DNA of 64,000 nt from Leptogorgia sarmentosa. Its lineage: Eukaryota. Positions 50,855 to 63,079 of this stretch are shown piece after piece. The stretch spans positions 3,100,001 through 3,164,000 of the forward strand of contig OZ210884.1 in the NCBI GenBank assembly GCA_964658305.1. Reading direction: 5' to 3'. A model generated the notes under the pieces. The model was not told the DNA's origin. It saw only the letters and a list, made by a program, of their open reading frames with translations, and made no database searches. The position numbers and the translations under genes are program-made. Within the stretch, counting starts at the first letter, position 1, and every line of letters begins with the position of its first letter.

Positions 50855-52220
50855 GATGTTTTAGTATTGGTGGAGACAATATTTATGAAAACCAGCGATT
50901 CCTTTCATATTTCCATGGTAGTAGATAGGAGTCTATAATGATGATTGTTGGAAAATGGCACCTCAGTCAAAAATGAATACAAAAACAAATCTTTTTTAAA
51001 GTCTGATTTGATTTTATTATGTAGTAAAGTGAAATTATCTAAAGTTCGCAAAGCTAAAGTAGCTAAAAAATTTTCAAATTTAGTAGTGTCCACAACGCCA
51101 ACTTCATTGATTGTGGCAACAACCGTACCAGGGAATTTTTCTTTTAGTATTTTGTTCTAAGAAGAAATTTTTCCTTCATTTTGTTCCCTTACATTTTAAG
51201 TTTCATTATTGTTGGATTCAAAATTTATGAAAACCAGCAATTCCCTTAATATTTCCATGGTAGTAAATACGGGTCTATATTGATGGTTGTTGGAAAATGC
51301 CGCATCAGTCGAAAATGAATGCAAAAACAAATATTTTTTAAAGTCTGGTTTGATTTTATTATGTGATATAGTGAAACAATCTAAAGCTCGCAAAACTAAA
51401 GAATAAAAGTTAAAATTTTAGTAGTGTCGTCAACGCCAATTCCATCGATTGTGACAACAACCGAACCATGTAATTTTCCTTTTAGTATTTTGTTGAAAAA
51501 AGAAATTTTTCGTGCATTTTGTTGCCTTATACATTTGAAGTTTCAGTATTGGTGGAGACAATATTTATGAAAACCAGCGATTCCTTTCATATTTCCATGG
51601 TAGTAGATAGGGGTCTATAATGATGATTGTTGGAAATTGCCACTTCAGTCGAAAATGAATACAAAAACAAATATATTTTAAAGTCTGGTTTGATTTTATT
51701 ATGTGATATAGTGAAACAACTAAAGTTGGCAAAACTAAAGAATAAAATTTTAAATTTTAGCAGTGTTGTCAACGCCAATTCCATCGATTGTGACGACACC
51801 CGAACCAGGTAAATTTTCTTTTAGTTTTAATTTTTGTTCTAAAAGGAAATATTTCCAGCATTTTGTTACCTCACATTTGAAGTTTCATTATTGGTGGAGA
51901 CAATATTTAGGAAAACCAGCGGATTCCTTTCATATTTCCATAGTAGTAAATGGGAGTCTATAATGATTTATCGTTGGAAAATGGCACATCAGTCGCATAT
52001 TAACAGAAAAACAAGTCTTTTTTAAAGTCTGGTTTGATTTTATTGTTTAATATAATGAAATTATCTAAAGTTCGCAAAACTAAAGTATAAAATTTTCAAT
52101 TCTAATAGTGCCGACAACACGAATTTCAACGACTGTCGCCACAACCCAGCCAGGTACAGTTTTCTAAGTATTTTTTTCCAAAAATCTTTTTTGGGCGCTT
52201 TCAAGTTTCAGTATTTATAA
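50855..52220 (+). repeat. Block 3b of the intron+microexon array, 4 units
   Basis: Exons 51084-51131 (donor GG, dead), 51422-51469, 51761-51808, and divergent terminal 45-nt exon 52109-52153 (VPTTRISTTVATTQP). Confidence 0.9.
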
Positions 52221-52745
52221 AGCACAATCTAATTTAGTAGCTAGTGTTTTCAATACAAGTTAACTATAGCTACTATACAAATATTACTGCTCAACTTTAA
52301 GTTTCAAGCGTGAGAAGAGCTCGCGTTACTTTATGATCTCAGTTAGTGTGAGGTCACCCGTGCGTAGCGGGATAATAAGGACTTCTCCATAGAAACATCT
52401 ATCTTAAAGCAAGCAGCTGCAATCTCAGGCTAATAGAACTGTTATAAACTAACCATTGGAGAAAAACTTCTTTGTTGAAAGCAAATCAATTAAGGGAAAC
52501 AACAACATTAAATAGGAGATCAGAAATCTATTCCAAAAGTCGCTATGTGGATTGAACTTCAACTCGTGAAAATTCATGCATGTGTGTATATCGAGCAGAA
52601 TACACGTCTGCAAACTAACTGGCATATTAAAGTAACCATCTGTCTTAACGAAAAATTCAGCTTAACCTGGTAATGTTTTAGCTTTGATATACCTTTCGAA
52701 TGAATAAATACATATTTATATTCCAATGCTTTTTTTCCACTATAG

Positions 52746-52861
52746 ATGCTGCAGTGTCGTTCCGGCTTCAATTTGTAATAATAAATATTGTTTACATACC
52801 GGCGTATAATAATTCAACAAGTCAGGAATACATTGTTTTGACGCAACGAATTATAGTGGAG
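52746..52861 (+). CDS. Gene B, SEA exon 1, copy 1: DAAVSFRLQFVIINIVYIPAYNNSTSQEYIVLTQRIIVE
   Basis: Acceptor ttttttccactatAG, donor GTATGA. 116 nt, phase 1 to 0. YIPAY..S.E[YF] matches gene A. Confidence 0.85.
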
Positions 52862-53061
52862 GTATGAAAATTGCTTCTTTATTAATGTTAAGATTTTTCT
52901 ATCAACGCATGTACGCGTATTGAGAAACAACATATTCTAAAATAATGTGAGAGTTACCACATAATAATTATTATGTCCAAGAAGGATATGCATGCACAGG
53001 TCGTCTGTGAAGTCCTGTCGTGTTTATAATTAGTAAACCTCCCTATTTTATTTCATTGCAG

Positions 53062-53129
53062 TGGACGAGATTGTTGCAAAGATCATCACTGCGTTCAAAT
53101 CGTCCATCATACAGGATTTTAAGATTATC
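53062..53129 (+). CDS. Gene B, SEA exon 2, copy 1: WTRLLQRSSLRSNRPSYRILRL(S)
   Basis: Acceptor tttcattgcAG, donor GTAAGT. 68 nt, phase 0 to 2. Confidence 0.82.
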
Positions 53130-54094
53130 GTAAGTTCGTTATTCCATGGTTATCATACCTTAACACAGCAGCGACGAGGCGTATATAGAATACCTAAGCA
53201 CGGGCCTCGATTATTACTCCAAATCCGGCAAAGCTTGTTTCTACAGAGATCATTGAATTAGTGAATTCGTGTTTAACTACGTTGTTATTGCTTATTGCTG
53301 TACGGCAATGTTACGTCCAATTCTATTGACAGTACACAAATATACCGACGGTTACTTATTAATGACAAGGTTTAGATTTTAACGAAAGCAAACGACGGTG
53401 TTTGACAACAGGCACCCCATTTGTGAACCTATCATACTGTTTATTGACTACAACGGCTCCATCCACTTCCGGTTCGTGTCCGCTTAGTCAAAAACATCGT
53501 TCGCCTAAGCTCACTAATCTCGCTTCCACTATCACTACCTTTGAGTGACCTTTGCGGCATGTGATTGGTTAGGTTTTACTATCGCATCGGATGCTTCATT
53601 TTCCCTTAATGTAGTAGAGGTACTGGAAGTAAATGTCATAATTATGTAAACCTCCTTACAATTAGTAGGCTATTACTTGTTCCTCTTTACAAACACTTTT
53701 TATTACGTGAGATTTCACATATTGACTTTGTGCAAGGTTCAATTTTGATTTCATCTGAGAGGTTATGCTGCATGGCACATTGATCGTGTGCATGATATTT
53801 ATTTGAAACGCTGTATTTTTGAAGCTTCTTCTGCGCTAATGTGGTTATGATATAGTTTTCAAAAAAATCTGTAGAGAGTTATCTAAACACCTATTACAAT
53901 ATTACTGTACATCGAAGCCTAAATATAATAATCAATTCCATGAACACGTTTAAAACGGACATTAAAACATTATAAAATTTTGGCCATGATAAATATGTCC
54001 TATTAAGAGTGTCTATATATGTTACAGACAACGTGCATATTTCACAGACGTCAAAAAATGTTGAAATCATGCCTCCGGTTCTATCTATTTTTAG

Positions 54095-54270
54095 ACCGGG
54101 ATCTGTCGTGGTAGACTCCGTGGTAACATTGAACGATACGATTGCATTGAATAATTCAATGTTAGAGAGTGAACTTGGCGGAAGTTTGAACGCAACAAGT
54201 GATGGGTTCTTTCTGGGTGACGATTTTAAACTCAGTAACAGTACAGATGCATCGCCTTTCTCGATTTCAG
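54095..54270 (+). CDS. Gene B, SEA exon 3, copy 1: PGSVVVDSVVTLNDTIALNNSMLESELGGSLNATSDGFFLGDDFKLSNSTDASPFSIS
   Basis: Acceptor ctatttttAG, donor GTATTT. 176 nt, phase 2 to 1. GSVVV motif. Confidence 0.9.
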
Positions 54271-54446
54271 GTATTTCCGTTTCTTCTAGCAAGAATCTAG
54301 CGACATCTTTATGCAGCTCTTGCCACATCACATAAATATTGATAGAAAGAATGAAAGCAAAATTTCCGGAAATCCTTAAATTAGCTGAATAATATTGTTA
54401 AAGTTATCATCATGATATTGCACTATTATTTGGTCCTTTGTTTGCC

Positions 54447-57400
54447 ACAAGTCTTTTTTAGAGTCTGGTTTGATTTTATTTATTATGTAATATAGTGGAA
54501 TTATCTAAAGTTTGCAAAACTAAAGTAGCTAAAAAATTTTCAATTTTAGTAGTGTTCACAACGCCAAGTTCATCGATGGTGACAACAACCGAACCAGGTA
54601 ATTTTTCTTTTAGTGTTTTGTTCTAAAAAGAAATTGTTCAGGCATTTTGTTGCCTTACATTTTAAGTTTTATTATTGGTGAAGACAATATTTATGAAAAC
54701 CAGCGATTCCTTTCATATTTCCACGGTAGTAAATGGGGCTCTATAAGGATGATTGTTGAAAATGGCGCATCAGTCGAAAATGAATACAAAAACAAATATT
54801 TTTTAAAGTCTGGTTTGATATTACTATGTAATATAGTGAAACAATCTAAAGTTCCCAAGACTAAAGAATAAAGTTTGAAATTTTAGTAGTGTCGTCAACG
54901 CCAACTCCATCGAATGTGACAACAACCGAACGAGGTAATTTTTCTTTTCGTATTTTGTTCTGAAAAGAAATTTTTGCTGCATTTTGTTGCCTTACATTTG
55001 AAGTTTCATTATTGGTGGAGACAATATTTATGAAAACCAGCGATTCCTTTCATATTTCCATGGTTGTAAATAGGGGTCCATAATGATGATTGTTGGATAA
55101 TGGCACATCAGCCGAAAATGAATACAAAAACAAGTCTTTTTTAGAGACTGGTTTGATTTTGTCATGTAATATTATGGTAATCGTGAAATTATCTAAAGTT
55201 CGCAAAACTATCGTATAAAATTTTCAATTTTAATTTTAGTTGTGTCGACAACGCCAAGTTCATCGATTGTGACAACAACCGAACCAGGTAAATTTTTTTA
55301 GTATTTTTTTCTAAAAGGAAATTTTTTCTTCATTTTTTTGGCTTGCGTTTAAATTCTTCATTATTGGCGGAGACAATAATTATGAAAACCAGCGATTCCT
55401 TTCATTTTTCCATGGTAATAAATAGGGGTCTATAATGATGATTGTTGGAAAATGGCACATCAGTCGAAAATGAATAATACAAAAACAAATATTTTTTAAA
55501 GTCTGGTTTGATTTTATTATGTACAATTATAGTCAAATTATCTAAAGTTCGCAAAACTAAATTATCTAAAAAAATTTCAATTTTAGTTGTGTCGTCAACG
55601 CCAATTTCATCGATTGTGACAACAACCGATCCAGGTAATTTTCCTTTTAGTATTTTGTTGTAAAAAGAAATTTTTCATGCATTTTGTTGCCGTATACATT
55701 TGATGTTTCAGTATTGGTGGAGACAATATTTATGAAAACCAGCGATTCCTTTCATATTTCCATGGTAGTAGATAGGAGTCTATAATGATGATTGTTGGAA
55801 AATGCCACATCAGTCGAAAATGAATACAAAAACAAATATTTTTTAAAGTCTGGTTTGATTTTATTATGTATTATAGTGAAATTATCTAAAGTTCGCAAAA
55901 CTAAAGTAACTAAAAAATTTTCAATTTTACTATAGTGTCCACAAAGCCAAGTTCATCGATTGTGGCGACAACCGAACCAGGTAATTTTTCTATTAGTATT
56001 TTGTTCTAAAAAGAAATTGTTCAGGCATTTTGTTGCCTTACATTTTAAGTTTTATTATTGGTGAAGACAATATTTATGAAAACCAGCGACTCCTTTCATA
56101 TTTCCATGGTAGTAAATGGGGGTCTATAATGATGATTGTTGGAAAATGGCACATCAGTCGAAAATGAATACCAAAACAAATCTTTTTTAAAGTCTGGTTT
56201 GATTTTACTATGTAATATAGTGAAACAATCTAAAGTTCGCAAAACTAAATAATAAAATATAAAATTTTAGTATTGTCGTCAACGCCAATTGCATCGATTG
56301 TGACAACAACCGAACCAGGTAATTTTTCTTTTAGTATTTTGTTCTAAAAAGAAATTTTTCCTGCATTTTGATGCCGTACATTCGAAGTTTAATTAATGGT
56401 GGAGACATTATTTATGAAAACCAGCGATTCCTTTCATATTTCCATGGTAGTAAATAGGGCTCTATAATGATGATTGTTGGAAAATGGCACATCAGTCGAA
56501 AATGAATAATACAAAAACAAATATTTTTTAAAGTCTGGTTTCATTTTATTATGTATTATAGTGAAAGTATCTAAAGTCCGCAAAACTAAAGTAGCTAAAA
56601 AATTTTCAATTTTACTAGTGTCCACAAAGCCAATTCCATCGATTGTGGCGACAACCGAACCAGGTGATTTTTCTTTTAGTATTTTGTTCTAAAAAGAATT
56701 GTTCAGGCATTTTGTTGCCTTACATTTTAAGTTTTATTATTGGTGAAGACAATATTTATGAAAACAAGCGATTCCTTTCATATTTCCATGGTAGTATATG
56801 GGGGTCTATAATGATGATTGTTAAAAATGGCGCATCAGTCGCAAATGAATACAAACACAAATCTTTTTTAAAGTCTGGTTTGATTTTACTATGTAATATA
56901 GTGAAACAATCTAAAATTCGCAAAACTAATGAATAAAATATAAAATTTTAGTAGTGTCGTCAACGCCAATTCCATCGATTGTGACAACAACCGAACAAGG
57001 TAATTTTTCTTTTAGTATTTTGTTCTAAAAAGAAATTTTTCTGCATTTTGTGGCCTTACATTTTAAGTTTCATTATTGGTGGAGACAATATTTATGAAAA
57101 CCAGCGATTCCTTTCATATTTCCATGGTATTAAATGGGGATCTATAATGATGATTGTTGAAAATGGCGCATCAGTCGAAAATGAATACAAAAACAAATCT
57201 TTTTTAAAGTCTGGTTTGATTTTACTAGCTATGTAATATAGTGAAACAATCTAAAGTTCACAAAACTAAAGAATAAAATATAAAATTTTAGTTGTGTCGT
57301 CAACGCCAATTCCATCGATTGTGACAACAACCGAACAAGGTAATTTTTCTTTTAGTATTTTGTTCTAAAAAGAAATTTTTCCTGCATTTTGATGCCGTTC

Positions 57401-60400
57401 ATTCGAAGTTTAATTATTTGTGGAGACAATATTTATGAAAACCAGCGATTCCTTTCATATTTCCATGCTAGTAAATAGGGGTCCATAATGATGATTGTTG
57501 GATAATGGCACATCAGCCGAAAATGAATACAAAAACAAGTCTTTTTTAGAGACTGGTTTGATTTTGTCATGTAATATTCTGGTAATCGTGAAATTATCTA
57601 AAGTTCGCAAAACTATCGTATAAAATTTTCAATTTTAATTTTAGTTGTGTCGACAACGCCAAGTTCATCGATTGTGACAACAACCGAACCAGGTAAATTT
57701 TTTTAGTATTTTTTCTAAAAGGAAATTTTTTCTGCATTTTTTTGGCTTGCGTTTAAAATCTTCATTATTGGCGGAGACAATATTTATGAAAACCAGCGAT
57801 TCCTTTCATTTTTCCATGGTAGTAAATAGGGGTCTATAATGATGATTGTTGGAAAATGGCACATCAGTCGAAAATGAATAATATAAAAACAAATATTTTT
57901 TAAAGTCTGGTTTGATTTTATTATGTACAATTATAGTCAAATTATCTAAAGTTCGCAAAACTAAATTATCAAAAAAATTCAATTTTAGTTGTGTCGTCAA
58001 CGCCAATTTCATCGATTGTGACAACAACCGATCCAGGTAATTTTCCTTTTAGTATTTTGTTGTAAAAAGAAATTTTTCATGCATTTTGTCGCCGTATACA
58101 TTTGATGTTTCAGTATTGGTGGAGACAATATTTATGAAAACCAGCGATTCCTTTCATATTTCCATGGTTATAGATAGGAGTCTATAATGATGATTGTTGG
58201 AAAATGCCACATCAGTCGAAAATGAATACAAAAACAAATATTTTTTAAAGTCTGGTTTGATTTTATTATGTATTATAGTGAAATTATCTAAAGTTCGCAA
58301 AACTAAAGTAACTAAAAAATTTTCAATTTTACTATAGTGTCCACAAAGCCAAGTTCATCGATTGTGGCGACAACCGAACCAGGTAATTTTTCTATTAGTA
58401 TTTTGTTCTAAAAAGAAATTGTTCAGGCATTTTGTTGCCTTACATTTTAAGTTTTATTATTGGTGAAGACAATATTTATGAAAACCAGCGATTCCTTTCA
58501 TATTTCCATGGTAGTAGATAGAAGTCTATAATGATGATTGTTGGAAAATGGCGCATCAGTCGAAAATGAATACAAAAACAAATACTTTTTAAAGTCTGGT
58601 TTGATTTTATTATGTAATATAGTGAAACAATCTAAAGTTCCCAAACTAAAGAATAAAATTTGAAATTTTAGTAGTGTCGTCAACGCAAATTCCATCGAAT
58701 GTGACAACAACCGAACGAGGTAATTTTCTTTTAGTATTTTGTCTTAAAAAGAAATTTTTCCTGCATTTTGTTGCCTTACATTTGAAGTTTCATTATTGGT
58801 GGAGACAATATTAATGAAAACCAGCGATTCCTTTCATATTTCCATGGTAGTAAATAGGGGTCCATAATGATGCATGATTTTTGGATAATGGCACATCAGT
58901 CGAAAATGAATACAAAAACAAATCTTTTTTAAAGTCTGGTTTGAGTTTACTATGTAATATAGTGAAACAATCTAAAATTCGCAAAACTAAGGAATAAAAT
59001 ATAAAATTTTAGTAGTGTCGTCAACGCCAATTCCATCGATTGTGACAACAACCGAACAAGGTAATTTTTCTTTTAGTATTTTGTTCTAAAAAGAAATTTT
59101 TCCTGCATTTTGATGCCGTTCATTCGAAGTTTAATTATTTGTGGAGACAATATTTATGAAAACCAGCGATTCCTTTCATATTTCCATGGTAGTAAATAGA
59201 GGTCCATAATGATGATTGCTGGATAATGGCACATCAGCCGAAAATGAATACAAAAACAAGTCTTTTTTAGAGACTGGTTTGATTTTGTCATGTAATATTC
59301 TGGTAATCGTGAAATTATCTAAAGTTCGCAAAACTATCGTATAAAATTTTCAATTTTAATTTTAGTTGTGTCGACAACGCCAAGTTCATCGATTGTGACA
59401 ACAACCGAACCAGGTAAATTTTTTTAGTATTTTTTCTAAAAGGAAATTTTTTCTGCATTTTTTTGGCTTGCGTTTAAAATCTTCATTATTGGCGGAGACA
59501 ATATTTATGAAAACCAGCGATTCCTTTCATTTTTCCATGGTAGTAAATAGGGGTCTATAATGATGATTGTTGGAAAATGGCACATCAGTCGAAAATGAAT
59601 AATATAAAAACAAATATTTTTTAAAGTCTGGTTTGATTTTATTATGTACAATTATAGTCAAATTATCTAAAGTTCGCAAAACTAAATTATCTAAAAAAAA
59701 TTCAATTTTAGTTGTGTCGTCAACGCCAATTTCATCGATTGTGACAACAACCGATCCAGGTAATTTTCCTTTTAGTATTTTGTTGTAAAAAGAAATTTTT
59801 CATGCATTTTGTTGCCGTATACATTTGATGTTTCAGTATTGGTGGAGACAATATTTATGAAAACCAGCGATTCCTTTCATATTTCCATGGTTATAGATAG
59901 GAGTCTATAATGATGATTGTTGGAAAATGCCACATCAGTCGAAAATGAATACAAAAACAAATATTTTTTAAAGTCTGGTTTGATTTTATTATGTATTATA
60001 GTGAAATTATCTAAAGTTCGCAAAACTAAAGTAACTAAAAAATTTTCAATTTTACTATAGTGTCCACAAAGCCAAGTTCATCGATTGTGGCGACAACCGA
60101 ACCAGGTAATTTTTCTATTAGTATTTTGTTCTAAAAAGAAATTGTTCAGGCATTTTGTTGCCTTACATTTTAAGTTTTATTATTGGTGAAGACAATATTT
60201 ATGAAAACCAGCGATTCCTTTCATATTTCCATGGTAGTTGATAGGAGTCTATAATGATGATTGTTGGAAAATGCCACATCAGTCGAAAATGAATACAAAA
60301 ACAAATATTTTTTAAAGTCTGGTTTGATTTTATTATGTAATATAGTGAAACAAGTAAAGTTCGCAAAACTAAAGAATAAAATTTAAAATTTTAGTACGGT

Positions 60401-60850
60401 CGTCAACGCCAATTCCATCGATTGTGACAACAACCGAACCAGGTAATTTTTCTTTTGGTATTTTGTTCTAAAAAGAAATTTTTCGTACATTTTGTTGCCT
60501 TACATTTGAAGTCTCAGTATTGGTGGAGACAATATTTACGAAAACCAGCGATTCCTTTCGTATTTCCATGGTAATAGGGGTCTATAATGATGATTGTTGG
60601 AAAATGGCACATCAGTCGCACATTAACAGAAAACAAGTCTTTTTTAAAGTCTGGTTTGATTTTATTGTGTAATATAGTGAAATTATGAAAAGTTCGGAAA
60701 ACTGAAGTATAAAATTTTCAATTCTAATACTGTAGTGCCGACAACACGAATTTCAACGACTGTCGCCACAACCCAGCCAGGTACAGTTTTCTAAGTATTT
60801 TTTTCCAAAAATCTATTTTGGGCGCTTTCAAGTTTCAGTATTTATAAAGC
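54447..60850 (+). repeat. Block 4 of the intron+microexon array, 19 units
   Basis: First exon 54550-54597, terminal divergent exon 60736-60780. All counted units keep AG and GT. Confidence 0.93.
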
Positions 60851-61376
60851 ACAATCTAATTTAGTAGCTAGTGTTTCAATACAAGTTAACTATAGCTACT
60901 ATACAAATATTGCTGCTCAACTTTAAGTTTCAAGCGTGAGAAGAGCTCGCGTTACTTTATGATCTCAGTTAGTGTGAGGTCACCCGTGCGTAGCGGGATA
61001 ATAAGGACTTCTCCATAGAAACATCTATCTTAAAGCAAGCAGCTGCAATCTCAGGCTAATAGAACTGTTATAAACTAACCATTGGAGAAAAACTTCTTTG
61101 TTGAAAGCAAATCAATTAAGGGAAACAACAACATTAAATAGGAAATCAGAAATCTATTCCAAAAGTCGCTATGTGGATTGAACTTCAACTCGTGAAAATT
61201 CATGCATGTGTGTATATCGAGCAGAATACACGTCTGCAAACTAACTGGCATATTAAAGTAACCATCTGTCTTAACGAAAAATTCAGCTTAACCTGGTAAT
61301 GTTTTAGCTTTGAAATGATATACCTTTCGAATGAATAAATACATATTTATATTCCAATGCTTTTTTTCCACTATAG

Positions 61377-61492
61377 ATGCTGTAGTGTCGTTCCGGCTTC
61401 AATTTGTAATAATAAATATTGTTTACATACTGGCGTATAATAATTCAACAAGTCAGGAATACATTGTTTTGACGCAACGAATTACAGTGGAG
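61377..61492 (+). CDS. Gene B, SEA exon 1, copy 2: DAVVSFRLQFVIINIVYILAYNNSTSQEYIVLTQRITVE
   Basis: Duplicate of 52746-52861 with the same splice sites. Confidence 0.85.
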
Positions 61493-61692
61493 GTATGAAA
61501 ATTGCTTCTTTATTAATGTTAAGATTTTTCTATCAACGCATGTACGCGTATTGAGAAACAACATATTCTAAAATAATGTGAGAGTTACCACATAATAATT
61601 ATTATGTGCAGGAAGGATATGACTGCACAGGTCGTCTGTGAAGTCCTGTCGTGTTCATAATTCTTAAACCTCCCTATTTTATTTCATTGCAG

Positions 61693-61760
61693 TGCACGAG
61701 ACTATTGCAAAATTCATCACTGCGTTTATATGGTCCATTATGCAGGATTTTAGGATTATC
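61693..61760 (+). CDS. Gene B, SEA exon 2, copy 2: CTRLLQNSSLRLYGPLCRILGL(S)
   Basis: Duplicate of 53062-53129 with the same splice sites, open frame. Confidence 0.82.
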
Positions 61761-62727
61761 GTAAGTTCGTTATTCCGTGGTTATCATACCTTATTACAGA
61801 ACCGACGAGGCATGCAGAGTTACATAAGCACGGAGTTCGATTATTACTCCAAATCCGGCAAAGCTTGTTTCTACAGAGATCATTGAATTAGTCAAGTCGT
61901 GTTTAACTATGTTGTTATGCCTTATTGTTGCACGGCAATGTTTCGCCAATTCTATTGACAGTACACAACTATACCGACGGTTACTTATTAATGACAAGGT
62001 TTAGATTTTAACAAAAGCAAACGACGGTGTTTGACAACAGGCACCCTATTTGTGAACCAATCATACTGTTTATTGACTACAACGGCTCCATTCACTTCCG
62101 CTTCGTGTCCGCTTAGTCAAAAACATCGTTTGCCTAAGCTCACTAATCTCGCTTCAACTATCACTACCTTTGAGAGACCTATGCGGCATGTGATTGGTTA
62201 GGGTTAATTGACTATCGCATCGAATGCTTCATTTTCCCTTTATGTAGTAGAGGTGCTGGAAGTGAATGTCATAATTATGTAAACCTCCTTACAATCAGTA
62301 GGCTATTACTTGTTCCTCTTTACAAACACTTTTTATTACGTGAGATTTCACATATTGACTTTGTGCAAGGTTCAATTTTGATTTCATCTGAGAGGTTATG
62401 CTGCATGGCACATTGATCGTGTGCATGATATCTATTTGAAACGCTGTATTTTTGAAGCTTCTTCTGCGCTAATGTGGTTATGATATAGTTTTCAAAAAAA
62501 TCTGTAGAGAGTTATCTAAACACCTATTACAATATTACTGTACATCGAAGCCTAAATATAATAATCAATTCCATGAACACGTTTAAAACGGACATTAAAA
62601 CATTATAAAATTTTGGCCATGATAAATATGTCCTATTAAGAGTGTCTATATATGTTACAGACAACGTGCATATTTCACAGACGTCAAAAAATGTTGAAAT
62701 CATGCCTCCGGTTCTATCTATTTTTAG

Positions 62728-62903
62728 ACCGGGATCTGTCATTGTAGACTCCGTCGTAACATTGAACGATACGATTGCATTGAATAATTCAATGTTAGAG
62801 AGTGAACTTGGCGGAAGTTTGAACGCAACAAGTGATGGGTTCTTTCTGGGTGACGATTTTAAACTCAGTAACAGTACAGATGCATCGCCTTTCTCGATTT
62901 CAG
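62728..62903 (+). CDS. Gene B, SEA exon 3, copy 2 (PGSVIVDSVV...)
   Basis: Duplicate of 54095-54270. Confidence 0.9.
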
Positions 62904-63079
62904 GTATTTCCGTTTCTTCTAGCAAGAATCTAGCGACATCTTTATGCAGCTCTTGCCACATCACATAAATATTGATAGAAAGAATGAAAGCAAAATTTCC
63001 GGAAATCCTTAAATTAGCTGAATAATATTGTTAAAGTTATCATCATGATATTGCACTATTATTTGGTCCTTTGTTTGCC

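Noticed and set aside
53061..53261. ORF-track frame MDEIVAKIITAFKSS… for the SEA middle exon
   Set aside because: Phases of the flanking exons require the other frame (WTRLLQ…), which joins correctly to PGSVVV.
53894..54331. 145-aa minus-strand ORF (also 62527-62964)
   Set aside because: Antisense shadow of SEA exon 3.
20169..58710. Many 60-115-aa ORFs on both strands within the 345-bp array (e.g. MDTTKFENFLARLALRTLDNF…, MMIVENGTSVENEYKNKSF…)
   Set aside because: They are read-throughs of spacer or antisense sequence, and their frames break from monomer to monomer. Only the splice-bounded core keeps its frame.
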